Part shown: positions 52,712-64,000 of the stretch, piece by piece
Layout of the letters: every line of letters starts with the position of its first letter
Numbering within the stretch: position 1 is the first letter of the stretch
Source of the DNA: Raja brachyura
Taxonomy: Eukaryota
NCBI GenBank assembly: GCA_963514005.1
Contig: OY740790.1
Coordinates: 31,558,001-31,622,000, forward strand
Direction of reading: 5' to 3'
Length of the DNA stretch: 64,000 nucleotides
Made by a program: the position numbers and the translations under genes
Notes under the pieces: model-generated
What the model saw: the letters and a program-made list of their open reading frames with translations, nothing else
Database searches by the model: none
Told to the model about the DNA's origin: nothing

Positions 52712-54080
52712 CAGTGCCTCTATAATGTTTGGGACAAAGACCCATCATTTATTTATTTGCCACTTTAAGAGAACTCACAGCACCTAGTCTTTTCTCCAGT
52801 CTTCCATCACATTTGGAAAATGTTATTGCTCTTGATCAACATGAGGATGAAAAGTTGTGCCAAGGAAAGTCAAAGAAGCTAGTATGAGACTGAGAAACAA
52901 TAATAAAACTGTTAGAGACATCAGCCAAACCTCAGGCTTACCAAAATCAACTATTTAGAACATCATTAAGAAGAAAGAGAGTACTGGTAAGCTTACAAAT
53001 CGCAAAGGGACTGGCAGGCCAAGGAGGACCTCCACAGCTGATGACAAGAATTCTCTCTATAATAAAGAAAAATCCCCAAACACCTGTCCGACAGATCAGA
53101 AACACTCTTCAGGAGTTGGGTGTGGATTTGTCAATGACCACTGTCCGCAGAAGACTTCATGAACAGAAATACAGAGGCTACACTGCAAGATGCAAACCAC
53201 TGGTTAGCTGCAAAAATAGGATGGCCAAGAAGTACTTAAAAGAGCAATCACAGATCTGGAAAAAGGTCTAGTGGACAGATGAGACAAAGATTAACTTATA
53301 TCAGAGTGATGGCAAGAGCAAAGTATGGAGGAAAGAAGGAACTGCCCAAGATCCAAAGCATACCACCTCATCTGTGAAACACAGTGGTGGTGGTGTATGC
53401 CTGGGCATGTATGGCTGCTGAAGGTACTGGCTCACTTGTCTTAATTGATGATGGTAGTAGCATAATGAATTCTGAAATGTATAGACATATGCTATCTGCA
53501 TATGCAAATACCTCAAAACTCATTGGCCGACTACAGCAAGACAATGATTCCAAACATACCGCTAAAGCAACAAAGGAGTTTTTCAAAGCTACAAAAATAG
53601 TCAATTCTTGAATGGCCAAGTCAATCACCCGATCTGAACTCAATTGAACATGCCTTTTATATGCTGAAGAGAAAATTGAAGGGGACAAGCATAAGCTAAA
53701 GATGGCTACAATACAGGCCTGGCAGAGCATCAGCGGAGAAGACACCCAGCAACTGGTGATGTCCATGAATCACAGACTTCAAGCAGTCATTGCATGCAAA
53801 TGATATGCAACAAAATTCTAAACATGACTACTTTCCTTTGCATGACATTGCTGTGTTCCAAACATTATTGTGCCCCTAAAATGGAGGGGGTACTATGTAT
53901 AAACACTGCTGTAATTTCTACATGGTGAAACCAAAATGTATAAAAATGGCCTTTATGAAAATCTGACAATGTGCACTTTAACCACATGTGATTTTTTTCT
54001 ATTACAAATCTCAAATTGTGAAGTACAGAGGCAAATAAATAAATGATGGGTCTTTGTCCCAAACATTATGGAAGGCACTG
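52712..54080 (+). mobile_element. Tc1-family transposon with pseudogenised DDE transposase
   Basis: TA|CAGTGCC...GGCACTG|TG ends; WTDETK, QQDNDSKH and [12 protein letters not shown] motifs with stops and frameshifts; same family as 5618-12691. Confidence 0.92.
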
Positions 54081-54865
54081 TGGACAGGTTCCTCTTTTCT
54101 TTGGAGTGTTGGCAGCTGAGGGATGATCTTATTGAGGTGTACAAAATTATGAGATGCATGGATGCAATGAATTTTCAGTCTTTTCCTCAAAGGAGAGGAT
54201 TCTAAAACTAGAAGGTATAGGATTATGGTAAGAGGATAGATGTTTAAGAGGGATCAAAGCAGCGCTCCGAGATAGTTCATATCTGGAATGACGTGCCAGA
54301 TGAAGTTGTAGAAGTGGATATAATTGTGACTTTTAAAAGACATTTGTACAAAAATATACAAATACAAAGGTTTAGAGGTTTATGGGCCAAATGTAGGCAA
54401 ATGGGGCTAGCACAACACACTAACAGCCAACATGCTAATTTAGTTTAGCTTAGATAGAGCATGGATACCGGTCCTTCAGCCCACTGGGTCTGCACTGACC
54501 AACAATCACCCGTGCCCTTCTATCCTGCACACAGAAGCCAGTTAACCTACCTACCTGCACATCTTTGGAATGTGGGAGGAAACCGGAGCACGCGGAGACC
54601 CTGTGCGGCCACAGGGGGAATGTACAAAATTTGTAAAGACAGCACTTGTAGTTAGGATCAAACTTGGGTCTTTGACACTGTAAAGTAGCAACTCTGCCGC
54701 TACACCACTGTGGACCAGAGGGCTGGTTGCTGTGCTCTACAACTCAATGTGATGTGTTCTGCTCATTTGAGGAAGGGATGGGAGAGGAGGAAGGAAATTG
54801 TAGTCCAACAAAATGTTTGACTTTTATATGAAATGTAACTAGTGTGAAACTGGGTTTTTGTATAA

Positions 54866-55084
<219 letters not shown>

Positions 55085-55423
55085 TGAAGTTGCCATGCAT
55101 CTGATAAACTTCAAACTTTATAATCTTAAAACATATTATTACCCAAAACAATCATTGTACAGATTTCCTATACCATTTTAAATTGATTGCCCTTTTGAAA
55201 ATATCAATATTTTGATTGGCGTGGTTTATTTTAATTTGGTTTATCGCAAGCTACATTGATAATATCAAGTCTCCTTTTTGTTGACGTTCAATTGTTCTCT
55301 TAACTAATTTGTATCAGTTGCCAATAACTTTGTTTTGTTTTGTGTCTTTTTTTAAATCAGAAATTATATTACGTCCTATGACCCAAGATGCAATCTCCAC
55401 AAGATATTTTGATTTGGCAGGAT

Positions 55424-55641
55424 GGACACAAAGTGCTGGATTAACTCAGTGGGTCAGGCAGCATCTCTGGAGAAAAAGAGATTTGTGACATTTCGGGTTG
55501 GGGCCCTTCAGTCTGAAGAAGGGTCCACCTGAAACGTCACCCATCTGTTTTCTCCAGAGGTGTGCCTGATCTGCTGAGTTAATCCAGCATTTTATCTATC
55601 TTTGGAATATCAAGCAGCATCTGCATTTCTTTGTTTCTACA
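55424..55641. mobile_element. Fold-back Penelope-terminus mini-element
   Basis: gacacaaagtgctgg...cccttcag then ctgaagaaggg...ccagcatttt as inverted halves; TSD not clear. Confidence 0.7.
55513..55541 (+). ncRNA. Minimal hammerhead-ribozyme core motif (PLE-associated)
   Basis: CTGAAGA-A-GGGTCCACCT-GAAAC-GTC-AC: CUGANGA and GAAA boxes around a short helix II and a GUC triplet; activity untested. Confidence 0.5.
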
Positions 55642-55781
55642 TTTCTTAATTTGACAAAATTCATACTTCCTTACTGAGACTTCAAATTGGGTATAGATCC
55701 CACCTACTAAAAGTACAGAAAAATTGGTCTAACCATAAGTTTACCACATTATATGTGAAAAAGCTTGCCAGTCAGCATAAT

Positions 55782-56220
55782 ATGAATGAATAAGTTTATT
55801 GGCCAAGTATTCACATACAAGGAATTTGCCTTGGTGCTCCGCGTGCAAGTGACAACATGACATACAGTGACAGGAATGATACATAAAACATTATTGACTA
55901 AACATGTGAATTAAATAAAATACCAGAGCAAAAGGAGGCAACAGATTTATAGTTATTGAGTAGAGCTACTACTCGTGGATAAAAGCTTTTTTTAATACTA
56001 GTTGTGGCAGCTTTAACAGTCCGGAGTCGCCTTCCAGAGGGAAGTGATTCACTCTGTTGGTGGCCAGGGTGAGAGGGGTCAGAGATAATGATAATCTTAC
56101 CCAGTCACTTCCTGGCCCTTGCAGCGTACAATTCATCAGTGGAGGGAAGGATGCAGCCAATAACCTTCTCAGCTGATCGGATGATTCGCTGCAGCCTTTG
56201 GATGTCGTACTTGGTGGCTA
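55782..56220 (-). mobile_element. Rex1/Babar-like LINE 3' end
   Basis: Minus strand LPSGRRLRTVKAATTSIKKSF, then aataaa and a (ttca)n tail. Confidence 0.7.
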
Positions 56221-56834
56221 ATATTTGCCTAAAACATTGTTTCTGTCATTTGCTCTCATAATGTGAAATTTTGAATTTGTGCTGTTCATTTTTATACAGT
56301 CTGCTTTGCAGTGAATACATTTTGTGCAAATGGTATCTTTGGATTTTAAATTTTAACTGAGATGTTGCTTTTAGTGTCATGATATCTAAGTTTATATATT
56401 TAATTATCAACGACAATTTTCTCACATTTCTCTATTATACTGTAATGCAGTAAAATGTAGCATCAACAATTTTGCAATTCCATTCTCTTGCATGCTCCCT
56501 GTAGTCTTCCAAACAACGAGAGTTAATTATATAATATTTAATTATCTTTGTATTTACCTTTAATTTATGGTCTCGTATTACTATCATGCTGACAGATAAT
56601 AAACAATTCATCAATATTAATCCGGAATGCATCTATCAAACTGTACTTAGTATCTTTTTGTAGAAACCCGCAACATCACAATGGATTAGGGATGCTGAAG
56701 CTAATTTGATCACATTATAGGCTCCTTTTGTGTCAGCTATCACCAAAAGTTAATAAATATTCTTGGTTTTGCTGATTTTTAGTTAATCACTTAACCATTT
56801 CAGTCCAAGAACTTCACTCTGTTCCTGAGGGCCG

Positions 56835-57995
56835 AGTGTGGTGGATCATGGTGCCTACATGGATTTTAGTAAAGCTAAAACTCCCCCATGGCAGGCTGAT
56901 CCAAAAAATAACGATGCACAGCATTCACAGTGGCTTGGTCGTTTGAAGTCAGAAATTTGCTTTCTCATAGAAAGGTTTGGTTGGAAGCCAGTGACCCGTG
57001 GAGTACCACAGGGACCTGTACTGTTTCTAATACGGATAAAGAACAGGGAAGAGATAAGACTTTTGCCTTCCATCACAGTGAGCAGATTTTGGAGATTCAC
57101 TGTGTGAAACTGTGAATTGTGTGTGGGGTTTTTTGCTGTTATGACTGCAGGGAACAAAATTTCGTTCAAACCTTTGTTTGAATGACAATAAAAAGGCATT
57201 CTATTCTTAATTACTTGGGTATAAATGCAGATAATTGCTGGAGTTGCAGACAGTGAGGAAGGCTGTCAAAGTATGCAGCAGGACATAGATCAGATACTAA
57301 AATGAAATGGGATTAGTTTAATCCAAATAAGTATGAGGTGTTGCACCATGGGAGGTTGAATATAAGTGGAAAATATACAGTTAATGGTAAGGTCCTGAAT
57401 TGCACATATATAAAGAGAGATCGGGAGGTCCAATGCCATAGCTTCATGTTAGTGGCAACACAGAAAGTAATGTACTAAAAAGGTGCATGGTATGCTTGCT
57501 TTTATTAGTTGCACTATTTAGTATAAACCGGTGGAACTGCTGTCTAACAGTGTCAAAGACCTGGGTTCAATCCTGACCTCGGGTACTGTCTGTGGAGTTT
57601 ATGCGTTCTCCCTGCGACTACATGGGTTTACTCTGGGTGCTTTGATTTCATCCCACATCCTGAAGATGTGCAAGTTTGTGGGTTAATTGGCCGCTGTAAA
57701 TGGGTGACCGATGGTTGGCTTGGGCTCGATGGGACAAAGAGCATGTTTCCATGCTGTATATTTCAATCAATAAATCGAGAAGTCGTGATGCCGTTCTATA
57801 AGACTTGATAGGCCACATTTGCAGAATGTGTGTAGTTCTGGTCATCCCATTACAGAATGGAATGTGGAGACTCTGGATAGAGGGTGTCGAAGAGATTTAC
57901 CAGGCTTGGGATAGAGAATATCAGCTATAAAGAGAAGTTGGGCAGACTTGGATTGTTTTCCCTGGAACACTAGAGGTTAAGGAGAAACTTGACCG
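56835..57995 (+). mobile_element. Decayed CR1 RT and 3' region with nested inserts
   Basis: AYMDFSKA, WKPVTRGVPQG; nested LINE tail ~57053-57205 and V-SINE ~57530-57775. Confidence 0.75.
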
Positions 57996-58159
57996 TTTTA
58001 CTAAAAGGTTGAGCTATTTTCTCTTGTTGTACTGTGATAATATTATTAACGTGTGATCATAGTATAACTTACAAGAAAACTTCCACCACCGGTGCAAAAC
58101 CAGGGCGCCACCAACGGTCGTTCATTCGTTTGTGCCGCTGCTTCACTAAGATCTATTTA

Positions 58160-58408
58160 AGAAAGAACTGCAGATGCTGGAAAAATTGACGGTAGACAAA
58201 CAATGCTGGTGAGATAGCTTATATGGAGAGAAGGAAAAGGTGACATTTCGGATTGAGACCCTTCTTCAGACTGATGGGGGGGGGGGGGGGTGAGAAGAAA
58301 AATGTAAGAAGCGGAGACAGTAGGAGAGCTGGGCAGGGGGAGAAGGCAAGGGCTATGTAAAATTAGAGAAGTCAATGTTGATGCCGCTGAGATGTAGACT
58401 ACCCAAGC
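58160..58408 (-). mobile_element. Penelope-like element 3' end
   Basis: Terminal repeat with hammerhead-like motif (58240-58269) plus reverse GIY-YIG tail. Confidence 0.75.
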
Positions 58409-59683
58409 TTGTCTCCTCACTACATTTACTGCTGGCTCCAGTCGCAAACCTGAGTTTGAGTGATCTGTGCAAGGCATTCATTGATGCTGGAATTCCACAT
58501 CTCTGAGGTTTTTTAGATAAATAGACAAAGGAACATATACCAAGCGAGTCATCATTACGGAAAAATTATGTTGACAGCAACTTCAACAATGTTGTGCAGA
58601 AACTTAGATATTAAGTTGCATGCAACAAAATATGGATCTCAATAGGCGAGACAACCGATGCTGTGGGGAGATATGTTGCGAATGTGGTCATCGGTACACT
58701 GGAGGCAGGTCAACCATCAAAGAGTATTTGTTGACATCGGAAGTATTGGATAAGTCAAGCAGCTTAACTATTGCTCAATTGTTTACATCTTCACTTGCTG
58801 TACTTTGGCCAGAAGGTATAAAACACAAGAATATTCTTCTGTTGGTGACTTAAAGTTTTATTCTCCAAAATGTTGCATCAGCTTAGCTCAAGGATGTCAT
58901 AGAATTGCCAAGCACATACGTAGCTTGTTTCCAAATGTTAACTGCCTAGTTTCCGATGTCAAGAAAATCCTCAGAGTACCATCACATATGCAGTTGTACA
59001 AGGAAATGGCACCCGAGATTCCGCTAACTCCTCAGCCCGTTTTGACTAGGTGGGGTACATGGCTCTCTGCTGTACTCTACTATGCTGCAAATTTTGAAAA
59101 GATGAAATTGTCAACTGTTTTGAAGAAGAATCTGCTGCAGTCGGGATCGTCAATGAAATCATGCAGAAAAAGTCCCTCCACAGCGATCTTGTGTTTATTG
59201 CTTCCAATTTTGCAAACTTCCCACAAGCTATCACTTCCCTTGAGAAACGTTAGTGAATAACTTGCTGGTTTTCAACAAAGTAAATTACAATATTCGTAAA
59301 GTTCTTGTCGATGTAGCTAAAGACATACACAGAAAATGTGAGAGTCATTGTAGCTAACAATGATCTTGAAGAAATACAAAACATAGCTAAAGTTCTCAAA
59401 GGTAGTTGTAATACACAAGATATCAACATGAATATAGTTGAGTATGCACCAGTGACCTCAGCTGGGTTAGAAAGTTTTTCACAACTGAAGCATACTCTCT
59501 CTGACAGATGGCATAGTTTAACACCAGATAATTTGAAAAAAATACGGTAGTAATTATGTGCAATCACGCAACTTTGGTTATTTAATCAAATATACATTTA
59601 ATTATTATTTTTAACCATAAAGCCTTTTTTGTAATTTTATTATGCCTATTTCAGTTTTTTAGTGCCTAAACATCCTGGCTGTA
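58409..59683 (+). mobile_element. Decayed hAT-superfamily transposase (CGGBP1/DUF659-like), 5' truncated
   Basis: WISIGETTDAVGRYVANVVIG; PQPVLTRWGTWLSAVLYYA; YAPVTSAGLESFSQLKHTLSDRWHSLT; several frameshifts. Confidence 0.8.
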
Positions 59684-60254
59684 CTAATCAGCATGTCACA
59701 CTGAGTAGTCCTAAGAGTACTACCTCTAGCGTCCTGTTCTTTTAACTTTCACAGCTCTGTGAACTCCACCTGTAGAACTTCATCCCTCCTACCTATATCA
59801 ATATGAATCACAACCTCTGAATGTTCACCCTTCTCTTTCAGGATGCTCTGCGTTGGTTCAGTAACATCCTTGATGCTTGCACCAGGAGGCAAAATCCTGC
59901 AAGTGACAAAATAGTTCTCAATGAATGAAAGTTAGAGGATAGATGATATTTTGCTATTGAAGATTGAAATATTCAAGTTAAGAGGTTTGGATGAGAATTG
60001 TAGGTTGAGTCTTTTTGTAGGGAATAAAGGGTCTAGTTCAGCCGCATGCTACTGATCACTTTCATCTGACCAGCCAGAATATTCAACTTTGGCATCACAA
60101 TTTTGTCCTGTCAAATCTTTCATGTTTATTCTGGGTTTTTTAAATAACGCTTAATGGAAGTTTGAAGTAAACATTTCTGTATTCTCTCTGTAAAAATATT
60201 TGCAAATAATAGAATAAAGAGCCATCTGAAATCTTTGTTTTGTATCTGATGCAG

Positions 60255-60619
60255 GAATGAATGCTAATGGTTCAACTGAGACATCAGATCAGTGGCATGA
60301 TTATGGTGAAATCAAGGAATTGAACTACAATGGGCCCATCATTAATTCCACAATTTCTGGACCTGAAAAAATGAGCACAAATGGCTGTGAGAAAGATGAT
60401 GGTTTCTGTGACCACAATCTGGTAAATACACAGAATAAAAATGATGAGTCCGAATCAAATTGTGAAAGACCAGCTAAGATTTTGAAAACAGATGGTGATC
60501 TTGGAATTGAAAGGAACAGTGTAGGTATTTCAGAAGCAACTTTGCATGTGAAGTCTGATGTTTCTGAGACTGACTCGCGACACCAAATGTCTGTTGAATT
60601 GGATGCTCAACAAATCTAA
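60255..60619 (+). CDS. MIER1: MIER1 terminal coding exon 13 (beta-type C-terminus)
   Basis: gcag|GA ATG AAT GCT AAT GGT...ERPAK...TAA; phase fits exon 12; exons sum to 1611 nt = 536 aa plus stop. Confidence 0.88.
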
Positions 60620-61275
60620 ATATATATTAACCACTTTTTATTTACTTTTTGAAAAACACCTGATTAATAATTGGGTTGGTTTGTATAAATACAGTAATTG
60701 ACATCAGTGATGTCCTTTATACATCTGTATATGTTAGTATATATATGTAAAAATTCTTATTATGTGGGCTCAAATACATCTGTATTTTTGCCATATTTCT
60801 ACGTAAAATTTGGAAGGATTTTTTAAAGATAAATACTCATTTCTAGTCAGTTATGTAAAATTTGTACAGTTGCTAAGCTTTATCATGGAAGGGGGAAATT
60901 AATAAATATATCAAGAATCTAATTATGTTTGATTCATTCCATTTGGGTACAATTTTAAATTATTAAAATGATGGCCTGTTTAAAATATTTAAGAGGTAGT
61001 GGTTTTACACTGTCTTCAGCTGTTGCCAGGGTCATAGTTTTTACAAGACAAATTAATTCAAGCTTTTTGTATGCTGGTATATCACTGCAGCAAACATTTT
61101 AGCTTAAAATATAACATTTTGTTCCTCAGTATTGCTGAGTCACAGTTGATTTATATGCTGCATTTTCTTGATATTTTTGATAAGACAATTACAACATGTT
61201 GAGATGCATGTTACAAAATTAAATTGTGTAAAGACCAATTGTAATATTTTTCAATAAAAAAAGTTTCAGTTAACC
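60620..61275 (+). other. MIER1: Probable MIER1 3' UTR with polyadenylation signals
   Basis: AT-rich, repeat-free stretch after the stop; AATAAA at 60901, 61253 and 61325; true end unknown. Confidence 0.55.
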
Positions 61276-61769
61276 TCCCAAGATTCTGTTTCTTTCCGTG
61301 ATATTCTGTGCTCATGATCTTGGTAATAAAACTAAGACATGTTAAAGAAATGCAGTGAGTGCAAGATCCAAACATCGGCGGTACAATTTTAAAACTTACA
61401 TGAGAAGCTTTAGTCATTTTGTGTATATGTATAAAATTAATGCTTTGCCTTCCAGAGGATGGGCTGATGTTACAGGATACACAGAAAACAAACTCATTAG
61501 TACAATTTTAAAGGATGTGCCAGAAAGAACAATGGATGTTTGCATGTAAATTTTAAATGACAAAAGGACACAGAAAATAACTCAATGGGTCATGCATCAT
61601 CTTTGGAAAACTTTGATGGGTTTCGGGTTGGAGGGAGGAGATTCAGGACAAATTGTAGCAGGTAGCAGATGGTTGGAACAAATGCCAGAGGTAAAAGACG
61701 TGAGATAGAATGATTGAAGTGTTGCAAATTGAAGCATGAGGAAGTAATGTACGAGGGGAGAAATAAGGT

Positions 61770-62083
61770 TAAGGTCTGTTTATTGCCCCACGTACCAATT
61801 ATGGTACAGTGAAATTCAAATTACCATACAGCCATACTTAAAAAAAAGCAAGACAACATCCACCACAGCAGATTCCTCACTGTGATGGAAGGGAGTAAAA
61901 TCTAAACTTCCTCCTTTATTCTCCTGCGATCGGAGCTCTTGGAGTTACAAGCCGGTCTCTGACTAGGGACTGCGAGCTCCACAATGTTAAAGTCCCAGGC
62001 ACCCGCGGTGGAGCTCCCGAAATCGGTCTGCAACAAGGCCCTCAATGTTAAACCGCAGTGCGGCCTGAGATACGATACAGAAA
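61770..62083 (-). mobile_element. Partial copy of the GC-rich non-autonomous retroelement family
   Basis: Shares tail segments with 43960-44100; supplies the spurious first ~33 codons of ORF 61984. Confidence 0.5.
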
Positions 62084-62084
62084 A

Positions 62085-64000
62085 ATTTTCATCTTATCAA
62101 CAAACTAAACAAGTTCATTTTGAATTTGGTGATAAACCTCAAAAATTATTAGCACGACAACTCAGAAGATTAGACGATGAAAAAACTATACATAGTATTA
62201 GATCGGTACAGGGAAATATGTTGACTATACCAAGAGACATTAATGACACATTTTTACAATATTATCAAAATCTTTACTCATCTAAATTAACAGGGCAAAT
62301 AGATGAAATGGAAACATTTCTAGAAAAATGTCATTTTAATAAGCTAGATTCTGAGAGTAGGCAATTGTTAAACGCTGAAATATCTGTAATAGATATTGAA
62401 GAATCAATTGGGTCGTTAAAAAATGGTAAAACAGCGGGCCCCGATGGCCTGAGTGCAGAATTTTATAAAAAATTTCATGATCTACTTTCACCAAGATTAC
62501 AAATAGTGTACAGACACGCCTATGAGTTAGGAAAATTACCAGAGTCTTTAAATGAATCTACAATCACATTAATTCCTAAATTAGATAAGGATCTGGAAGA
62601 TCCTGGATCATATCGAGCGATTGCCCTTTTAAATACTGATAAAAAAATATTAACTAAAGTACTTTCTCGGAGACTAAGTTTAGTGATTTCCAAAATAATA
62701 CATTATGATCAAACAGGTTTTATTCCAAAACGTTACTCATCACATAATCTTAGACGCTTGTTTAATATTATCTACTCGAGAAGAAGAAGAGATATAGAAT
62801 TAGCAGTTATATCGTTGGATGCTGAAAAAGCATTCGACCAGGTGGAATGGTCATATTTATTTAATATAATGGAAAAGTATCAACTGGGGGATAGATTTTG
62901 TAAATGGGTAAGAATATTATATTCTAACCCTACTGCAAGAATTTTAACCAATCAAATACTATCACCTAAATTTAGACTCTTTAGGGGATGCAGACAGGGA
63001 TGTCCGTTATCCCCTTTATTATTTGCCTTGGTGATAGAACCTCTGGCTGAAAGAATTAGATCAGAACCTGAAATATATGGGTATAATACTGACACAACAA
63101 ATAATAAGATATCTTTATATGCAGACGATATTCTGATTTATATTACTAAGCCGGAATGTAGTATTCCCAAGTTATTCAATGTTATAAATGAATTTAGTGT
63201 ATTTTCAGGATATAGGATTAATTGGAATAAAAGCGACATTATGCCTATAACTGGTATAAATGTAAATATATTACAAAAATACCCATTAAAAATAGTTACA
63301 GATAAATTTAAATATTTAGGAATTAATGTGTCAAAATCCTATAAATTATTAATTAAAGCTAATTATTATCAATTATTAGAGAAACTTTAAAAAAACATTT
63401 CATATTGGAAAACACTCCCTATATCTATGATCGGTAGAATTAATGCTATAAAGATGATTTTTTTACCACAATTGTTATATTTATTTCAGGCAATTCCTTT
63501 TTTTCTCCCAAAAATTTTTTTTTTTTTTAATTGATAATATTGTTAACAGTTTTGTTTGGGATTACAAAAGTCATAGAATAAGTAAAAAACATTTATGTAA
63601 GTCTAAGATAAATGGAGGGCTAGCACTTCCAAATTTTCTATACTACTTTTGGGCTGTCCAGATTAAGAATATGAATTTTTGGTGGGTAAATATGGATGAT
63701 GAACCAATGTGGTTAAAAATGGAAAAGGAAGACTGTTTACCTTTCAATATAGAGTCGATTATTTTCGCACCAAAGGAAGTACAAAAAAAGACTTATAGGG
63801 ACAACCCTATAATTCATAATAATAGGCGTATTTGGAAACAGATAGTTAAGACCTTATATCTGGATAATCTTTCTTTTAGGTTACCAATTAGGAATAACCC
63901 ACTGTTTAAACCCTCAATCTTAGATGCGGGGTTTAGACTGTGGGAGGATTCAGGAATTAAAAGGATAGGACACCTTTATAGAAATGGAACATTTTTATTA
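62085..64000 (+). mobile_element. L1-clade LINE ORF2 (reverse transcriptase), 5' truncated, runs off the window
   Basis: GKTAGPDGLSAEFYK, DQTGF, SLDAEKAFDQV, GCRQGCPLSPLLF, LYADD, KYLGI; in-frame TAA at 63388-63390 and a frameshift in the T run at ~63515-63528. Confidence 0.93.

Noticed and set aside
61984-63390. 468-aa ORF as a host gene or as a retron/DGR-type reverse transcriptase system
   Set aside because: Motifs are those of a non-LTR L1-clade ORF2; the N-terminus is read-through from an adjacent repeat

Overview
Eukaryotic (vertebrate) genomic DNA. The repeat landscape (HE1/V-SINEs, HER1-type CR1 LINEs, Penelope-like elements) suggests a cartilaginous fish such as a skate or ray; this is inference. 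The window holds one complete intron-rich gene on the + strand, MIER1 (ELM2-SANT co-repressor). It has 13 coding exons from 2351 to 60619, all with GT-AG junctions and consistent phases, giving 536 aa. A CpG-island promoter appears bidirectional, with a probable first exon of a divergent gene (by mammalian synteny DNAI4/WDR78) and an RFX X-box. Introns are packed with decayed CR1, Rex1-like, Penelope-like, Tc1, hAT-like and Helitron-like elements, and a young 5'-truncated L1-clade ORF2 runs off the right end. Most ORFs in the supplied track are spurious or transposon debris. The best leads are: (1) about 10 copies of a minimal hammerhead-ribozyme motif in Penelope-like termini, several forming short fold-back insertions with their own target-site duplications; (2) a DNA transposon with 5-bp TSDs that has captured those motifs and occurs as a 6.8-kb inverted pair; (3) a frame-preserving 36-nt candidate MIER1 cassette exon. 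I saw no prokaryotic-type system. Repeat boundaries without a stated TSD or TIR are approximate.
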